IMG/VR virus record: IMGVR_UViG_3300050187_000003
Coordinates: 75,576 to 139,575 of that record
DNA length: 64,000 nt
Origin: a virus
Taxonomy: Duplodnaviria > Heunggongvirae > Uroviricota > Caudoviricetes
Direction: 5' to 3' (one strand)
Below, one piece after another: positions 38,526-47,627 of this stretch. A model generated the notes under the pieces. The model did not search any database and was not told the DNA's origin. It saw only the letters and a list, made by a program, of their open reading frames with translations. Within the stretch, counting starts at the first letter, position 1; each line of letters begins with the position of its first letter. The translations under genes and the position numbers were made by a program.

Positions 38526-40892
38526 ATGTTCACCACCGACCACCGGCCGGCGCCGCTACCCAACCGCGCCGGCAACCAGCAGCCACGCCAAGCAGGCGGA
38601 TCACTGCCACCCGGCGCTGTCCGCTGGTCCACCATGTGGCTTGACACCAACGGCATGCCCCACACCGCCGACACCCCAGTGCCAGTCGACGCCGTCGACC
38701 GGCAGGTCACCACCCACACCCTGCACATCTGCCCCGGACGGATCGAAGTCGCCGGCGCCGTGCAGCCCTGCGACACCACCGCATGGCTGGCTGCCGGGCA
38801 GACCCGCTACTGCGGTGACCACGGCGTCCAGCTACAGCCCGACAAGCAAGTCACGACCCGGCCAGGATTCCCTACGCGGGAGATGGCGGCTGCCAACCGG
38901 CACCGCATCCACGCCGCCGCCGTTACAGCCGCGACGTTCGGCGCCGCCGCCGGCGCCGACTACACGACCATGCCGTGGTGGGGGGTCGCAGCCCAGTATG
39001 CGGCGATCCCCGCCGTCGTGGCGTCGTCGTGGTGGCTGACCCGCTGGTGGCTGACCCGCGACGCCGTCCGCCGCGGCCGGCTCGACTCCGGCGACGAAAT
39101 CGCAGGGAAACGCCGCCGACGACTGATCGACCGCCGCGCCCGCTACGCCGCATACTGCGCTGCGACCGCCGCTGGCTGGGTGGCGGTCGCCGACTGGGCT
39201 GGCCTCGACTTCACCACCACAACGGGGCCAGCGCTGACCGCCACACTCGGTATCGCCGCAGCAGTGTGCGCCCGCCCCTACCTGCGGTGGGCTGATCAGA
39301 AACGCGCCGCAGCCCCACCCGCCGCCCCACCGGTGGACGACCCCGACGACGGTGCCGGGCAGCCCGCCCCGGAACCGGATCCCAACAGCCTGCAGCAGCT
39401 CGCCACCTACGTCACCGCACGGTGGACCCAGTTCGTTGCCACCAGCAGAGGCCCGCTGCCAGGCACCGTCGTTGAGGACATCACCCAAACCTCCACCGGC
39501 GGGTGGTCGGCCACCATCGTCGCCACCGAAACATCCGATCTCGACCCAGAAAAGTATGTTGAGGAAAAGACGCTGCGGCGGATCGCCCGACCATTCAACG
39601 TCGGCACCAACATGGTGTCCATCACCGCCGACCCGCAAGACGCCAACCGGGCGTTCATCCTCGTCCAGCGGATCAGCCCACTACAGGGCAAAGGCCGTCC
39701 GTGGGACGGCTCCGGCATTGACCTGTCCACCGGCCGCGCCGAAACAGTAACCCTGGACGACGGCAGCCGCGGCTCCCACGAGTTTTGGCGGCCAGGCTGG
39801 GGAGCCGTCATGGAACTACTCGCGGGGGCGACCGGCTCCGGAAAGTCGGAGTACCTGAACCTGCTGCTCGCGTTGGAACGCCAGTGCGGCCATGTCGTGT
39901 CCTGGGTTGGAGACCCGCAGATGGGCCAGTCGCTGGGCGACATCCGTGACGGCGTCGACTGGTTCGCCCCCACCGTGGAGGAGATCCTGCTGATGCTCCG
40001 CACCGCACGGCAGGTCATGTTCACCCGCAACGTGCTCATCACCCGGATGCGCGCCGAGGACGACAAGGGTCGGCAGCGGCGCGTCAAGTACGTGGACGTG
40101 TCGCCCGACTTTCCGCTGCTGTCGATCAGCATCGACGAGGCGTATCTGCCGATGGGTGACCCGGACCACGGACCGGAGATTGTGAAGCTGCTGGCTTTGC
40201 TGGCCAAGTCCGGCCGTAAGTGCAACATCAAGATTCGGTTGATGTCGCAGTCTCCGCTGCTGTCCGAGCTGAAGGACTCGGTGCTGCGCGGCCAGGTCGC
40301 GTCCGGACTGGTCACTGTGTTCCGTACCGCCGACAAGCTGACGGGTAGCGCGGCGTGGCCCGGAAAGATGCCGGCCGACCCGGCGGCCCTGCCCGCGACG
40401 TGGCCAGACGGGGTCACCGCCGCCGGGGTCTGCTACATGTCGAACCAGCGTCCGCTCAAGGCCCGCACCGACTACGCCGGTGACGTGTACGACTTGATGC
40501 ACGCCGGTACGACCCTCGGTTTGGAGCCGGCTGTCCGCGCTGCCGCCGGGGTGGTGTACGCGGACCGGGTCAAGCGGCTGGCCGCGTTCGACGCTTTGGA
40601 TCCGGCGGAACTGGTGGGTGCCGAGATGCCGGACCTGAGGGTCGACGCCGCCGACGCGGGCGCGTCGAAGCCGGGGGGTCGGGACGCCGTGCTGCGGTTC
40701 CTCGCTGACCGCTGGCAGGACGGCGACCACAGCCTGACGTCGTTCGGGGACATCGACAGCAGTGTATCTGCGGTGAAGACCAGGGCACTGTCGAACGTGT
40801 TGAAGAAGCTCGTGGACGACCAACTGTTGGTTACGGAGACCGGCGCTTACGCGCTTTCGGCCCGTGGCGCTGAAGAGCTTGGGCTCGGCTAG
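38526..40892 (+). CDS. traB: FtsK/SpoIIIE-family DNA translocase, TraB/TraSA-like
   Basis: TM segments, Walker A AGATGSGKSE, Walker B ISIDEA, SQSP motif, C-terminal winged-helix-like domain. Confidence 0.85.
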   Translation: MFTTDHRPAPLPNRAGNQQPRQAGGSLPPGAVRWSTMWLDTNGMPHTADTPVPVDAVDRQVTTHTLHICPGRIEVAGAVQPCDTTAWLAAGQTRYCGDHGVQLQPDKQVTTRPGFPTREMAAANRHRIHAAAVTAATFGAAAGADYTTMPWWGVAAQYAAIPAVVASSWWLTRWWLTRDAVRRGRLDSGDEIAGKRRRRLIDRRARYAAYCAATAAGWVAVADWAGLDFTTTTGPALTATLGIAAAVCARPYLRWADQKRAAAPPAAPPVDDPDDGAGQPAPEPDPNSLQQLATYVTARWTQFVATSRGPLPGTVVEDITQTSTGGWSATIVATETSDLDPEKYVEEKTLRRIARPFNVGTNMVSITADPQDANRAFILVQRISPLQGKGRPWDGSGIDLSTGRAETVTLDDGSRGSHEFWRPGWGAVMELLAGATGSGKSEYLNLLLALERQCGHVVSWVGDPQMGQSLGDIRDGVDWFAPTVEEILLMLRTARQVMFTRNVLITRMRAEDDKGRQRRVKYVDVSPDFPLLSISIDEAYLPMGDPDHGPEIVKLLALLAKSGRKCNIKIRLMSQSPLLSELKDSVLRGQVASGLVTVFRTADKLTGSAAWPGKMPADPAALPATWPDGVTAAGVCYMSNQRPLKARTDYAGDVYDLMHAGTTLGLEPAVRAAAGVVYADRVKRLAAFDALDPAELVGAEMPDLRVDAADAGASKPGGRDAVLRFLADRWQDGDHSLTSFGDIDSSVSAVKTRALSNVLKKLVDDQLLVTETGAYALSARGAEELGLG

Positions 40893-41231
40893 GGCCGCCC
40901 GTGTGGCGCAATACCCACCAAGACAACGGTGTGCGCACCGCGAACCGCGGTACGCGTCCAGCCCTCATCCCCGGATTCGACGATGACCGCATCCATTGAC
41001 ATGCCAGCCGGCAACATCTGACAGCCCCCGCCTGCCCCCCACCTCTGAGGAGCATCAGCCCATGAGCACCGAATCCACAGTTCCGGACAGCAACGACGCC
41101 CGAGCCGTCGCAGCCCTAGCAAACGCAGCCCTCGACCAAGACGCTTTTCTCTTGCTGCGGGCGGCGGCGTCCGGCGACGGGGACCAGATCCGGGCGGCCG
41201 TCGCCGACCTGCGACAGGGGGAAACCCGGCG

Positions 41232-41981
41232 ATGATGGGTCGCACCCACGCCCTGTCCGGCGCAGCCGGATGGATCACCGGCTGCGCAGCCCTCACCGCC
41301 GCCGGACACACCCCCGACCTGCGGACCGTCGCGTTCGGATCGGCGATCGCCGCCGGACACGCCCTCCTGCCCGACATTGACCATCCCGGATCGACGATCG
41401 CCCGGTCTCTCGGCCCGGTCACCCGCATCGTCGCGGCCGGGGTGCACCGGTTCGCGGCGTGGCTGCGAACCGCCTCCTGCGGGCACTGCCGCCGCCGGCC
41501 CGACCGGGGCGGCCACCGGGCGGTCACCCACACCGGCCTGTTCGCGTTCGCTGCTGGTTTGTGCGCGGGCCTGCTCGGCTGGCTGTCCGGGTGGGTGGCT
41601 GCCGCGTTCGTTGTCGGACTGTCGGCGGCTCTCGCTGTCCGGGCGATGACCAGCCGCCGGCAGCGCGGCGCCTTCGGAGCGGCCGCCGCTGGGCTGCTGT
41701 CCGGCGGCGCGCTGTGGGTGACGAGCGCAGACGTCGCATCCTGGTGGTGGATCGGTGTGCCTGTCGCCTGGGGCACGCTTGCCCACTCCCTCGGGGATGC
41801 GGTCACCAAGTCGGGGGCGCCGTTGCTGTGGCCTGTCCGGGTTCGTGGCTGCCGCTGGTGGGGTGTGGGCACTCCTCGTTGGATGCGGTTTCGCACTGGT
41901 GGTGGGGTGGAGCGGGTGGTGTGGGTGTTGCTGCTGGTGGGTGCGGTCGGCGGGTTTGGCTGTCTGGTGGTTGCAGCCTGA
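41232..41981 (+). CDS. inner-membrane metal-dependent hydrolase, YdjM/DUF457-like
   Basis: MGRTHA, LLPDIDHP, HRAVTHT, HSLGDAVT. Confidence 0.88.
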   Translation: MMGRTHALSGAAGWITGCAALTAAGHTPDLRTVAFGSAIAAGHALLPDIDHPGSTIARSLGPVTRIVAAGVHRFAAWLRTASCGHCRRRPDRGGHRAVTHTGLFAFAAGLCAGLLGWLSGWVAAAFVVGLSAALAVRAMTSRRQRGAFGAAAAGLLSGGALWVTSADVASWWWIGVPVAWGTLAHSLGDAVTKSGAPLLWPVRVRGCRWWGVGTPRWMRFRTGGGVERVVWVLLLVGAVGGFGCLVVAA

Positions 41982-42037
41982 CCAGCCCCCACCCGTTGAT
42001 GGGTGGGGGCGCATGCGGTGAAGGGCGGCGTTGAGGG

Positions 42038-42385
42038 CTAGAGGAGGTAGCCGTCCGCGGCGAGCCTCTCCCGCACGATCGTCCGGATGGCGTCAGCCTC
42101 CACCGGCACGCCAGCGCGGCGGTCGACGTCGGTGCGGTCGGCGGCCCACCGGGCCAGCGCGTCTCTGATTGCCGGCGTGATCCGGGTTTCGGCCCGGCCA
42201 ACCCAGCTTGCTGACGGCCGTTTGGCTGCCCACTGCGTGATGGTGGACCGCAGCCACAGTGGGCTACGGCTGCCTGGTGGGCTGTCCGCCGGGGGCAGGT
42301 CACCCCGGGAACGCATCCGGTGCACAGACCGGATTTTGATCCCCAGCAGCGCCGCGACGTCGGCGCTTGTCAACATGTCATCCAT
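42038..42385 (-). CDS. AlpA/MerR-like HTH fused to an RHH-like C-terminal module
   Basis: MLTSADVAALLGIKIRSVHRMRSRGDLP...W; the C-terminus is nearly identical to that of 46824-47021; leaderless TAGTCT-N6-ATG. Confidence 0.8.
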   Translation of the reverse strand: MDDMLTSADVAALLGIKIRSVHRMRSRGDLPPADSPPGSRSPLWLRSTITQWAAKRPSASWVGRAETRITPAIRDALARWAADRTDVDRRAGVPVEADAIRTIVRERLAADGYLL

Positions 42386-42391
42386 GCACGG

Positions 42392-42460
42392 AGACTATCC
42401 TGCCATTTTGAGGTTGACAAGTGCGGGATGTCGGGCTAATGTTGTCTACATCAGCCCGAC
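42392..42460. promoter_or_regulatory. overlapping divergent promoters with an operator
   Basis: Plus strand TTGACA-N17-TAATGT (42414-42442); minus strand TTGTCA-N17-TAGTCT (42420-42392); inverted repeat GTCGGGCT...AGCCCGAC at 42430-42460. Confidence 0.75.
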
Positions 42461-42492
42461 TAACGTCAGGAGGCATCGTGAGGTCAGACATC

Positions 42493-42756
42493 GTGACCCG
42501 CATTTACCGAACGTTCGCGCTGCGGCTTAAAAACTGCCGCAGGCCACGAACCATCGTCCCCGTCGGACGAACCGCGACGCCGACGGCGATGATCGTCGTC
42601 GCGGTCGACGACGGCTGGGTGCAGGTCACGCAACACGCGTGGCACCCACGGCGCATGCAGTGGAACTCGGACCGCGGGTCGTTGATCCGCCACCCGGACG
42701 GCAATACCCGCCCGTGGGTGCCGGCGGCCGCCGTCGAGGTGACGCCGCGACGGTAA
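42493..42756 (+). CDS. hypothetical protein
   Basis: GAGG RBS, downstream of the promoter at 42414. Confidence 0.55.
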   Translation: MTRIYRTFALRLKNCRRPRTIVPVGRTATPTAMIVVAVDDGWVQVTQHAWHPRRMQWNSDRGSLIRHPDGNTRPWVPAAAVEVTPRR

Positions 42757-42846
42757 CTGACACAGACACAAAAAGGACGGGCTCCGGGGGTGTCTCACCA
42801 CCACCGGAGCCCTAGAGCAAGACAACCCGCCATCAGGGAGTCAGCC

Positions 42847-43206
42847 TTGCAAAACCCTACCTCAACACTGCTCGACGACCTGCACACCCACGGCACCCGC
42901 CGTCAGATCGCCCCCACCATGGCCGGCGCCCACACCGCCCACACCACCACCACCCAACACCAGGCGCTGCGCACCGCACAGCTGCACGGCCTGGTGGCCC
43001 GCCGCGGACCGGCCGGTGCCAGCGTCGCCACCCTGCGCGCCATCGCCCGCAAAGGACTCGCCCAGCTGCACATGGTGCCCGGCGGGCGCCCGCACGAGAT
43101 TTCCCACGCCACCCTCACCGCAGCCGGCCGGCGTGAGCTGGACCGGCTCGACCAGGCGGCCACCCAGCAGCAGACCCTACGCATGCTGGCCGGCCACCTG
43201 GTGTGA
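42847..43206 (+). CDS. probable winged-helix protein
   Basis: ATLRAIARKGLAQL...ATLTAAGRREL. Confidence 0.55.
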   Translation: MQNPTSTLLDDLHTHGTRRQIAPTMAGAHTAHTTTTQHQALRTAQLHGLVARRGPAGASVATLRAIARKGLAQLHMVPGGRPHEISHATLTAAGRRELDRLDQAATQQQTLRMLAGHLV

Positions 43207-43289
43207 CCGGCCCCGTGGTCACCCGCCACTGGCGGGTGGCACGCGGAGTCGGCCACACCACCGGCTGCGAGAGAGAGGACACACACCAC

Positions 43290-43826
43290 ATGCACATCCC
43301 AGCGGAGTACTGCCCCAGCTGTGGGGAGACACATCACCCCATGCAACCGGGCGGCCTGTGTGCACGGTGCCGCACGCACCGTGCGGCGATGCTCGACCAG
43401 GTGATCACCGCACCAGACGCCGTCCACACCACGGACGCTCCGACCCGTGACACACGCACCGTCATCGCCGCACGCCTCGCCGACATTTTCGACGCCGCGG
43501 AGTTGGCCCAGCTCCGGAAGGACTGCATCGGACTCATCGACGTCGATGACGACGAGCAGTCCGTGGAGCTCGCCGAGCTCGCCGACGCCCTGTGGTTGGC
43601 CGCGCGCGTCGATCAGGAGGAGGCGGCCGCGGCGTGGCGTCTCGCACTGCGCCTCGACCGTGCACTCGACGCCGCCCACCTGGCCGCCCTGGCCGCCGCG
43701 CAAGGGCCGTGCGCGGTGATCGACGCACACGCCAGTGTGGTGCGGCGGCTCGGGGACGCGGTGGTCGCCGCCACTGATCGGGCGGTCAGGTTGGATCGTC
43801 TCGCGGCTGGCGAGGCGTCCCAGTGA
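43290..43826 (+). CDS. hypothetical protein with an N-terminal zinc finger
   Basis: YCPSCG...LCARC; GAGGA RBS. Confidence 0.65.
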   Translation: MHIPAEYCPSCGETHHPMQPGGLCARCRTHRAAMLDQVITAPDAVHTTDAPTRDTRTVIAARLADIFDAAELAQLRKDCIGLIDVDDDEQSVELAELADALWLAARVDQEEAAAAWRLALRLDRALDAAHLAALAAAQGPCAVIDAHASVVRRLGDAVVAATDRAVRLDRLAAGEASQ

Positions 43827-43887
43827 GCGCCGTGTGGCGCGGGTGGTGGCCCGGATGCCGCGACTGGCAGCCCCGAGAGGACACCCC

Positions 43888-44721
43888 ATGATCCGGCCAC
43901 CGGTGCCGTACTTCGGCGGGAAGATGACCATCGGTCCGCGAATCGCCACCCTGTTGCCCCGACACCGCCACTACGTTGAGCCCTACGCCGGCAGCCTCGC
44001 CGTCTTGCTCGCCAAGCCGCGATCCGGACACGAGACCGTCAACGACCTCGACGGCGACCTGATGGCCTTCTGGCGCGTCCTTCGGGAACGCCCGCAGGAG
44101 CTGGCACGAGCCTGCGCGCTGACCCCGCACTCCCGCGCTGAGCTGACCGCCGCCCACGAACCCGCGACCGACCAGCTCGAGGTGGCCCGGCGCGTCTGGG
44201 TTGAGCTCTCGCAAGGCCGGGCCGGCACCAGGCGGCGGACCGGTTGGCGGCACTACGTCAAGACCGCAGCCAACCCGACCACCTCGATGCCTGACCACCT
44301 CGACGCCTACATAGACCGCATGTACGACGCCGCTGAACGGCTCGCGGGCGTCTCTCTGGAGTCGATGCCCGCACTCGATCTGGTTGCGAAGTACGGCGCT
44401 GACCCGGATGTCCTCCTCTATGTTGACCCGCCGTACCTCGGGTCGACGCGTTGTCGTTCGTGGGATGGCTACCACCACGAGATGCGCGGCGACGCAGAAC
44501 ACCGCGAGCTGGCCAGCGTTCTACGGGCCTGCCAGTCCGCAGTGGTGCTGTCCGGCTACCCCAGCGCGCTGTATGAGGAGCTGTACGTCGGGTGGGATCG
44601 GCACACGATCGCGTCCGGCACCGGGCAGGGCGCCGGCACCTGGGCGAACCGCACCGAGGTGCTGTGGTCCAACCGGCCGCTCCAGTTGGAGCCGGCGCTC
44701 TTCACCCTGGGCGGCTCGTGA
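43888..44721 (+). CDS. DNA adenine methyltransferase, Dam-like D12 class
   Basis: PYFGGK, YVEPYAGS, NDLDGDL, YVDPPY. Confidence 0.93.
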   Translation: MIRPPVPYFGGKMTIGPRIATLLPRHRHYVEPYAGSLAVLLAKPRSGHETVNDLDGDLMAFWRVLRERPQELARACALTPHSRAELTAAHEPATDQLEVARRVWVELSQGRAGTRRRTGWRHYVKTAANPTTSMPDHLDAYIDRMYDAAERLAGVSLESMPALDLVAKYGADPDVLLYVDPPYLGSTRCRSWDGYHHEMRGDAEHRELASVLRACQSAVVLSGYPSALYEELYVGWDRHTIASGTGQGAGTWANRTEVLWSNRPLQLEPALFTLGGS

Positions 44722-45311
44722 TGGCCCGGTCCCGCCCGAAGCCCGGGCGCCGACGGTTCGCCGTCGGCGAGGATCTCAACAACGCCTTCATCGACCGGAT
44801 GCAGGCCGCCCGGTCTTCGCCACCGCCGCCCGGCTGACCCTGGCGCCGGCCCGGTCTGCCGACGCCACCCCCGGCTTGGGTTCTCGACCTGATCAGCACG
44901 GCTGGGCTGACGTGGGTGACGGAGTGAGCCGGGCAGCCGATGCGGAACGGCGGGTGGCGCCCACCGCACCAGAGCTGCACTTGGCCCGACGTGAGGTCAC
45001 GGAGGCGGCACAGGCCGTGTCGTGGTGGCGTCGCTGACGGTGCCTCTGATCCCCGGGCGCGAGTCCGGGGGTTGGGGAGACCGGCAGACAGACAGATCAG
45101 CCGGACAGACGAGAGGACACACGGCATGGGCAGCAAGGACACCACCGTTTTCTGGATCGACCTGATCAAACGCGGGCGTATCTACAGGTCGCTGCGTGTC
45201 ACCGACCACCAGACGCACTCAGCAGCAGCCGGCGAGGCCGAAAAATGTCTCGCCGCCGGGGGTGAGGTGCGCGTCCGCGACGAGCACTGACGGTGCCTCT
45301 GGTGTCCCGCC

Positions 45312-45764
45312 GTGCGATCAAGAGCCCGGCCGGTGTTCACCCCCGACGACGATGAGCCGTTGCCGGATGAGGCCGCGATCCGGTCACGGATGCTGATGCA
45401 GGACGTCCCGAGGTTCACCGAGGTCCATCGATATCGGGCGGTGGTCGTGGAGAACGTCACCGACGTGCTCAAGTGGGAGCACCTCGGCGAATGGGCACTG
45501 ACCGACCCGCTTCCGGCACAGACCTCGGTAGCCGGTGACGCCCTGATCGGCACCCGCGTGCCGGTGCAGGACTGCACGTTCCGGATGCTCACCGTCGACG
45601 AGATCCGCGGTGGGATGGCGTTCCGGCCCGGCTACGTGCTACTCGGCACCTCGATTCGGGACAAGGTCCGGATGCTCGGCAACGCCGTCACCCCACCGGT
45701 CGCCCGCGACCTGGTGGCCGCCGTGGTCGAAGCGATCACCGGCGAACCCATCGACCCGACATGA
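45312..45764 (+). pseudogene. remnant of a C5-cytosine DNA methyltransferase
   Basis: Retains VVENV (motif VI) and FRMLTVDEI...MAF...RMLGNAVTPPVA (motifs IX/X); lacks motif I, the catalytic PC and the central region. Confidence 0.75.
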
Positions 45765-46194
45765 CCGGCCCGCGCCCGGCCGCTCTCGTGTGCGCGGCCG
45801 GGCGCGGCATTCCGCTACACCCGGCCGCCGCCGCGGGCGGGCACACCACCCACCCCGGATGCGACCCCGCCACCCGGCCACCGGTCGGCCGGCGGGTGGC
45901 CCGGGGGGAATGCCTGGGCGCACCTGGCGGAGGTCACCCGGCGACTCGGCAAGGGCGGGGACGCGAACGACCCGGCCTACCTGGCCGCCAACCGGGCTGT
46001 GATCGCGGCCGAGGGGGACCTGCCCTGGTGGCGCCGCTGACCTGACCAAAAGAGGGGCCCGGCATCACACCGGGCCCCTCACTCCCCACGAAGGAGCACC
46101 CACCATGCTAGTAACCCCACGCCACCCGCCGGGGGCAGCACCGACCGAGCGCCCCGAACCATTGCGGTCCGGGGCGCTCTGCTGTGTCCGGGGG

Positions 46195-46290
46195 TCAGGT
46201 GTCCCCGCCGCGACCGGCCCGCCGTGACGCCGCCTGCTGGTGGTGGTAGCCCAGCGCCACCCAGTTGCCGTTCTCGACCGCTGGCCGAGG
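46195..46290 (-). pseudogene. orphan 3' fragment homologous to the end of the Cas11c-like gene at 47624-48037
   Basis: Encodes ENGNWVALGYHHQQAASRRAG versus GNGNWVTLGYHHQQAASQRTG. Confidence 0.75.
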
Positions 46291-46302
46291 TTGGGGTTGG
46301 GG

Positions 46303-46331
46303 TTGCACAAATAAACGCCGTGGTTTATTCT
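46303..46331 (+). promoter_or_regulatory. promoter with a palindromic operator in the spacer
   Basis: TTGCAC-N17-TATTCT; AATAAAC-gccgtg-GTTTATT. Confidence 0.75.
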
Positions 46332-46374
46332 TGGCTAAGCCCGCAGGGAGCGGACCAAAGCTAAGGAGACTGAC

Positions 46375-46824
46375 ATGGCCCGGATGACCCCGAAGCAAGA
46401 AGCCCTCATCCTCAGCCTCTGCCGCCGCCTCGACGGCGGCAGCTACCGGTACGTGGAACAGGCAGCCCACCTCCTGCCGATCGGCCGCAACGCGGCCAAG
46501 GCCATGACCGTGTCCGACGCGAGCCTCTGCATTGATCACCTGCAAGCCGCCGCCGCCCCGCTGGCGGACCAGCCCGAGGCGACGACCGTGCAGCCCACCC
46601 CGGTATCGACGCCGGGCGGCCCGGACGCGGCCACCCTGATCGCCATGCTTGGTCGGCAGGTCACCGTGACCTGGACCAACTCGGCCGGCGAGACGATCGA
46701 GTGGCACGGCTCGGTGCAGACGCTGGACGTGTCCGAAACGGACGGCACGCCCAGGCTGAACCTGCTGGTCGCCGGTCGGACCCGCCAGGTCCGGGCCAAC
46801 GCCCTCGACACCTGGATCGTCTGA
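46375..46824 (+). CDS. hypothetical cargo protein of cassette 1
   Basis: 149-aa ORF, TAAGGAG RBS. Confidence 0.8.
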   Translation: MARMTPKQEALILSLCRRLDGGSYRYVEQAAHLLPIGRNAAKAMTVSDASLCIDHLQAAAAPLADQPEATTVQPTPVSTPGGPDAATLIAMLGRQVTVTWTNSAGETIEWHGSVQTLDVSETDGTPRLNLLVAGRTRQVRANALDTWIV

Positions 46825-47021
46825 TGACCGGACGCCGCCGCGGTCGCCCATCACGAGGCGACCGTGTCGAAGTGCGGCTCGACCCGGCGATCCGTGCCGC
46901 ACTCAGGGCCTGGTCGGCCGGCAGGTCTGACGTCGACCGACGTGACGGCGTGCCGGTGGAGGCTGACGCCATCCGGACGATCGTGCGGGAGAGGCTCGCC
47001 GCGGACGGCCACCTGCACTAG
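46824..47021 (+). CDS. small RHH-like regulator
   Basis: MTGRRRGRPSRGDRVEVRLDPAIRAALRAW; AT-hook-like RGRP followed by an RHH-like strand-helix pattern. Confidence 0.7.
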   Translation: MTGRRRGRPSRGDRVEVRLDPAIRAALRAWSAGRSDVDRRDGVPVEADAIRTIVRERLAADGHLH

Positions 47022-47024
47022 TTT

Positions 47025-47174
47025 CGGCGGTGAAGGGCGGCAACCGAGGTTGCCGCCCTTCACTGATGCGCCCCCAACCCTGAGGGTTGGGGGCGCATCC
47101 TGCTGTCCGGGGTCTGTCACGGCCACGTCAGCAGAGGGTGATCCCGCACCCCTGCCACCACCAGCTCATCCCGG
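47025..47174 (+). repeat. 150-bp direct repeat, copy 1, containing two strong hairpins
   Basis: Identical to 48077-48226; 15-bp stem at 47030-47063 and 16-bp stem at 47065-47099. Confidence 0.95.
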
Positions 47175-47186
47175 CGTGCGCCATCA

Positions 47187-47231
47187 AGCACGCTTGACAC
47201 CCCGTCAAGCGTGCTATAAGGTAGGGGTATG
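47187..47231 (+). promoter_or_regulatory. leaderless promoter with a 12-bp-arm operator
   Basis: TTGACA-N17-TAAGGT-N6-ATG; AGCACGCTTGAC-N5-GTCAAGCGTGCT. Confidence 0.85.
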
Positions 47232-47627
47232 GACAACGAAACCGTGAACATCCCCCGACCTGACCGCAGCGGAGCCTACCTGCCGTTGCGTGGCACCGCC
47301 CTCACCGCCCTCACCTGGTGGGAGCACAGCACCACTCAGTTTGCCGCGCCGGGCGGGGAACCCACCGCAGCAGACAGGCGGGCCGCGGCCGATCTTGAAA
47401 AAGGCGCGAGCCCTACCCTCGCCGCGCTGATCAACACCGCGCGCCGGCACGTCGCCGGCAACCCAGACGACTACTCGGCGAGGCGCTGGCGCCTCGCCGA
47501 GGCGCTCGCCGAGCACCTGGATCGGCTCCAACCGATCCAGCAGGTCATACAGGTCCCCGCTGCCGAGTCCGACCGGTGCGGCCACGGCTGGCTGTTCAGC
47601 GAGCCGTGCGATGGGTGCGAAGCATGA
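47229..47627 (+). CDS. hypothetical cargo protein with a C-terminal CxH...CxxC motif
   Basis: 132 aa; RCGHGWLFSEPCDGC. Confidence 0.75.
   Translation: MDNETVNIPRPDRSGAYLPLRGTALTALTWWEHSTTQFAAPGGEPTAADRRAAADLEKGASPTLAALINTARRHVAGNPDDYSARRWRLAEALAEHLDRLQPIQQVIQVPAAESDRCGHGWLFSEPCDGCEA

Noticed and set aside
40892-41070. TraB clt locus (8-bp direct repeats)
   Set aside because: I could not find a run of 8-bp repeats beside traB by eye; a computational repeat scan is needed.
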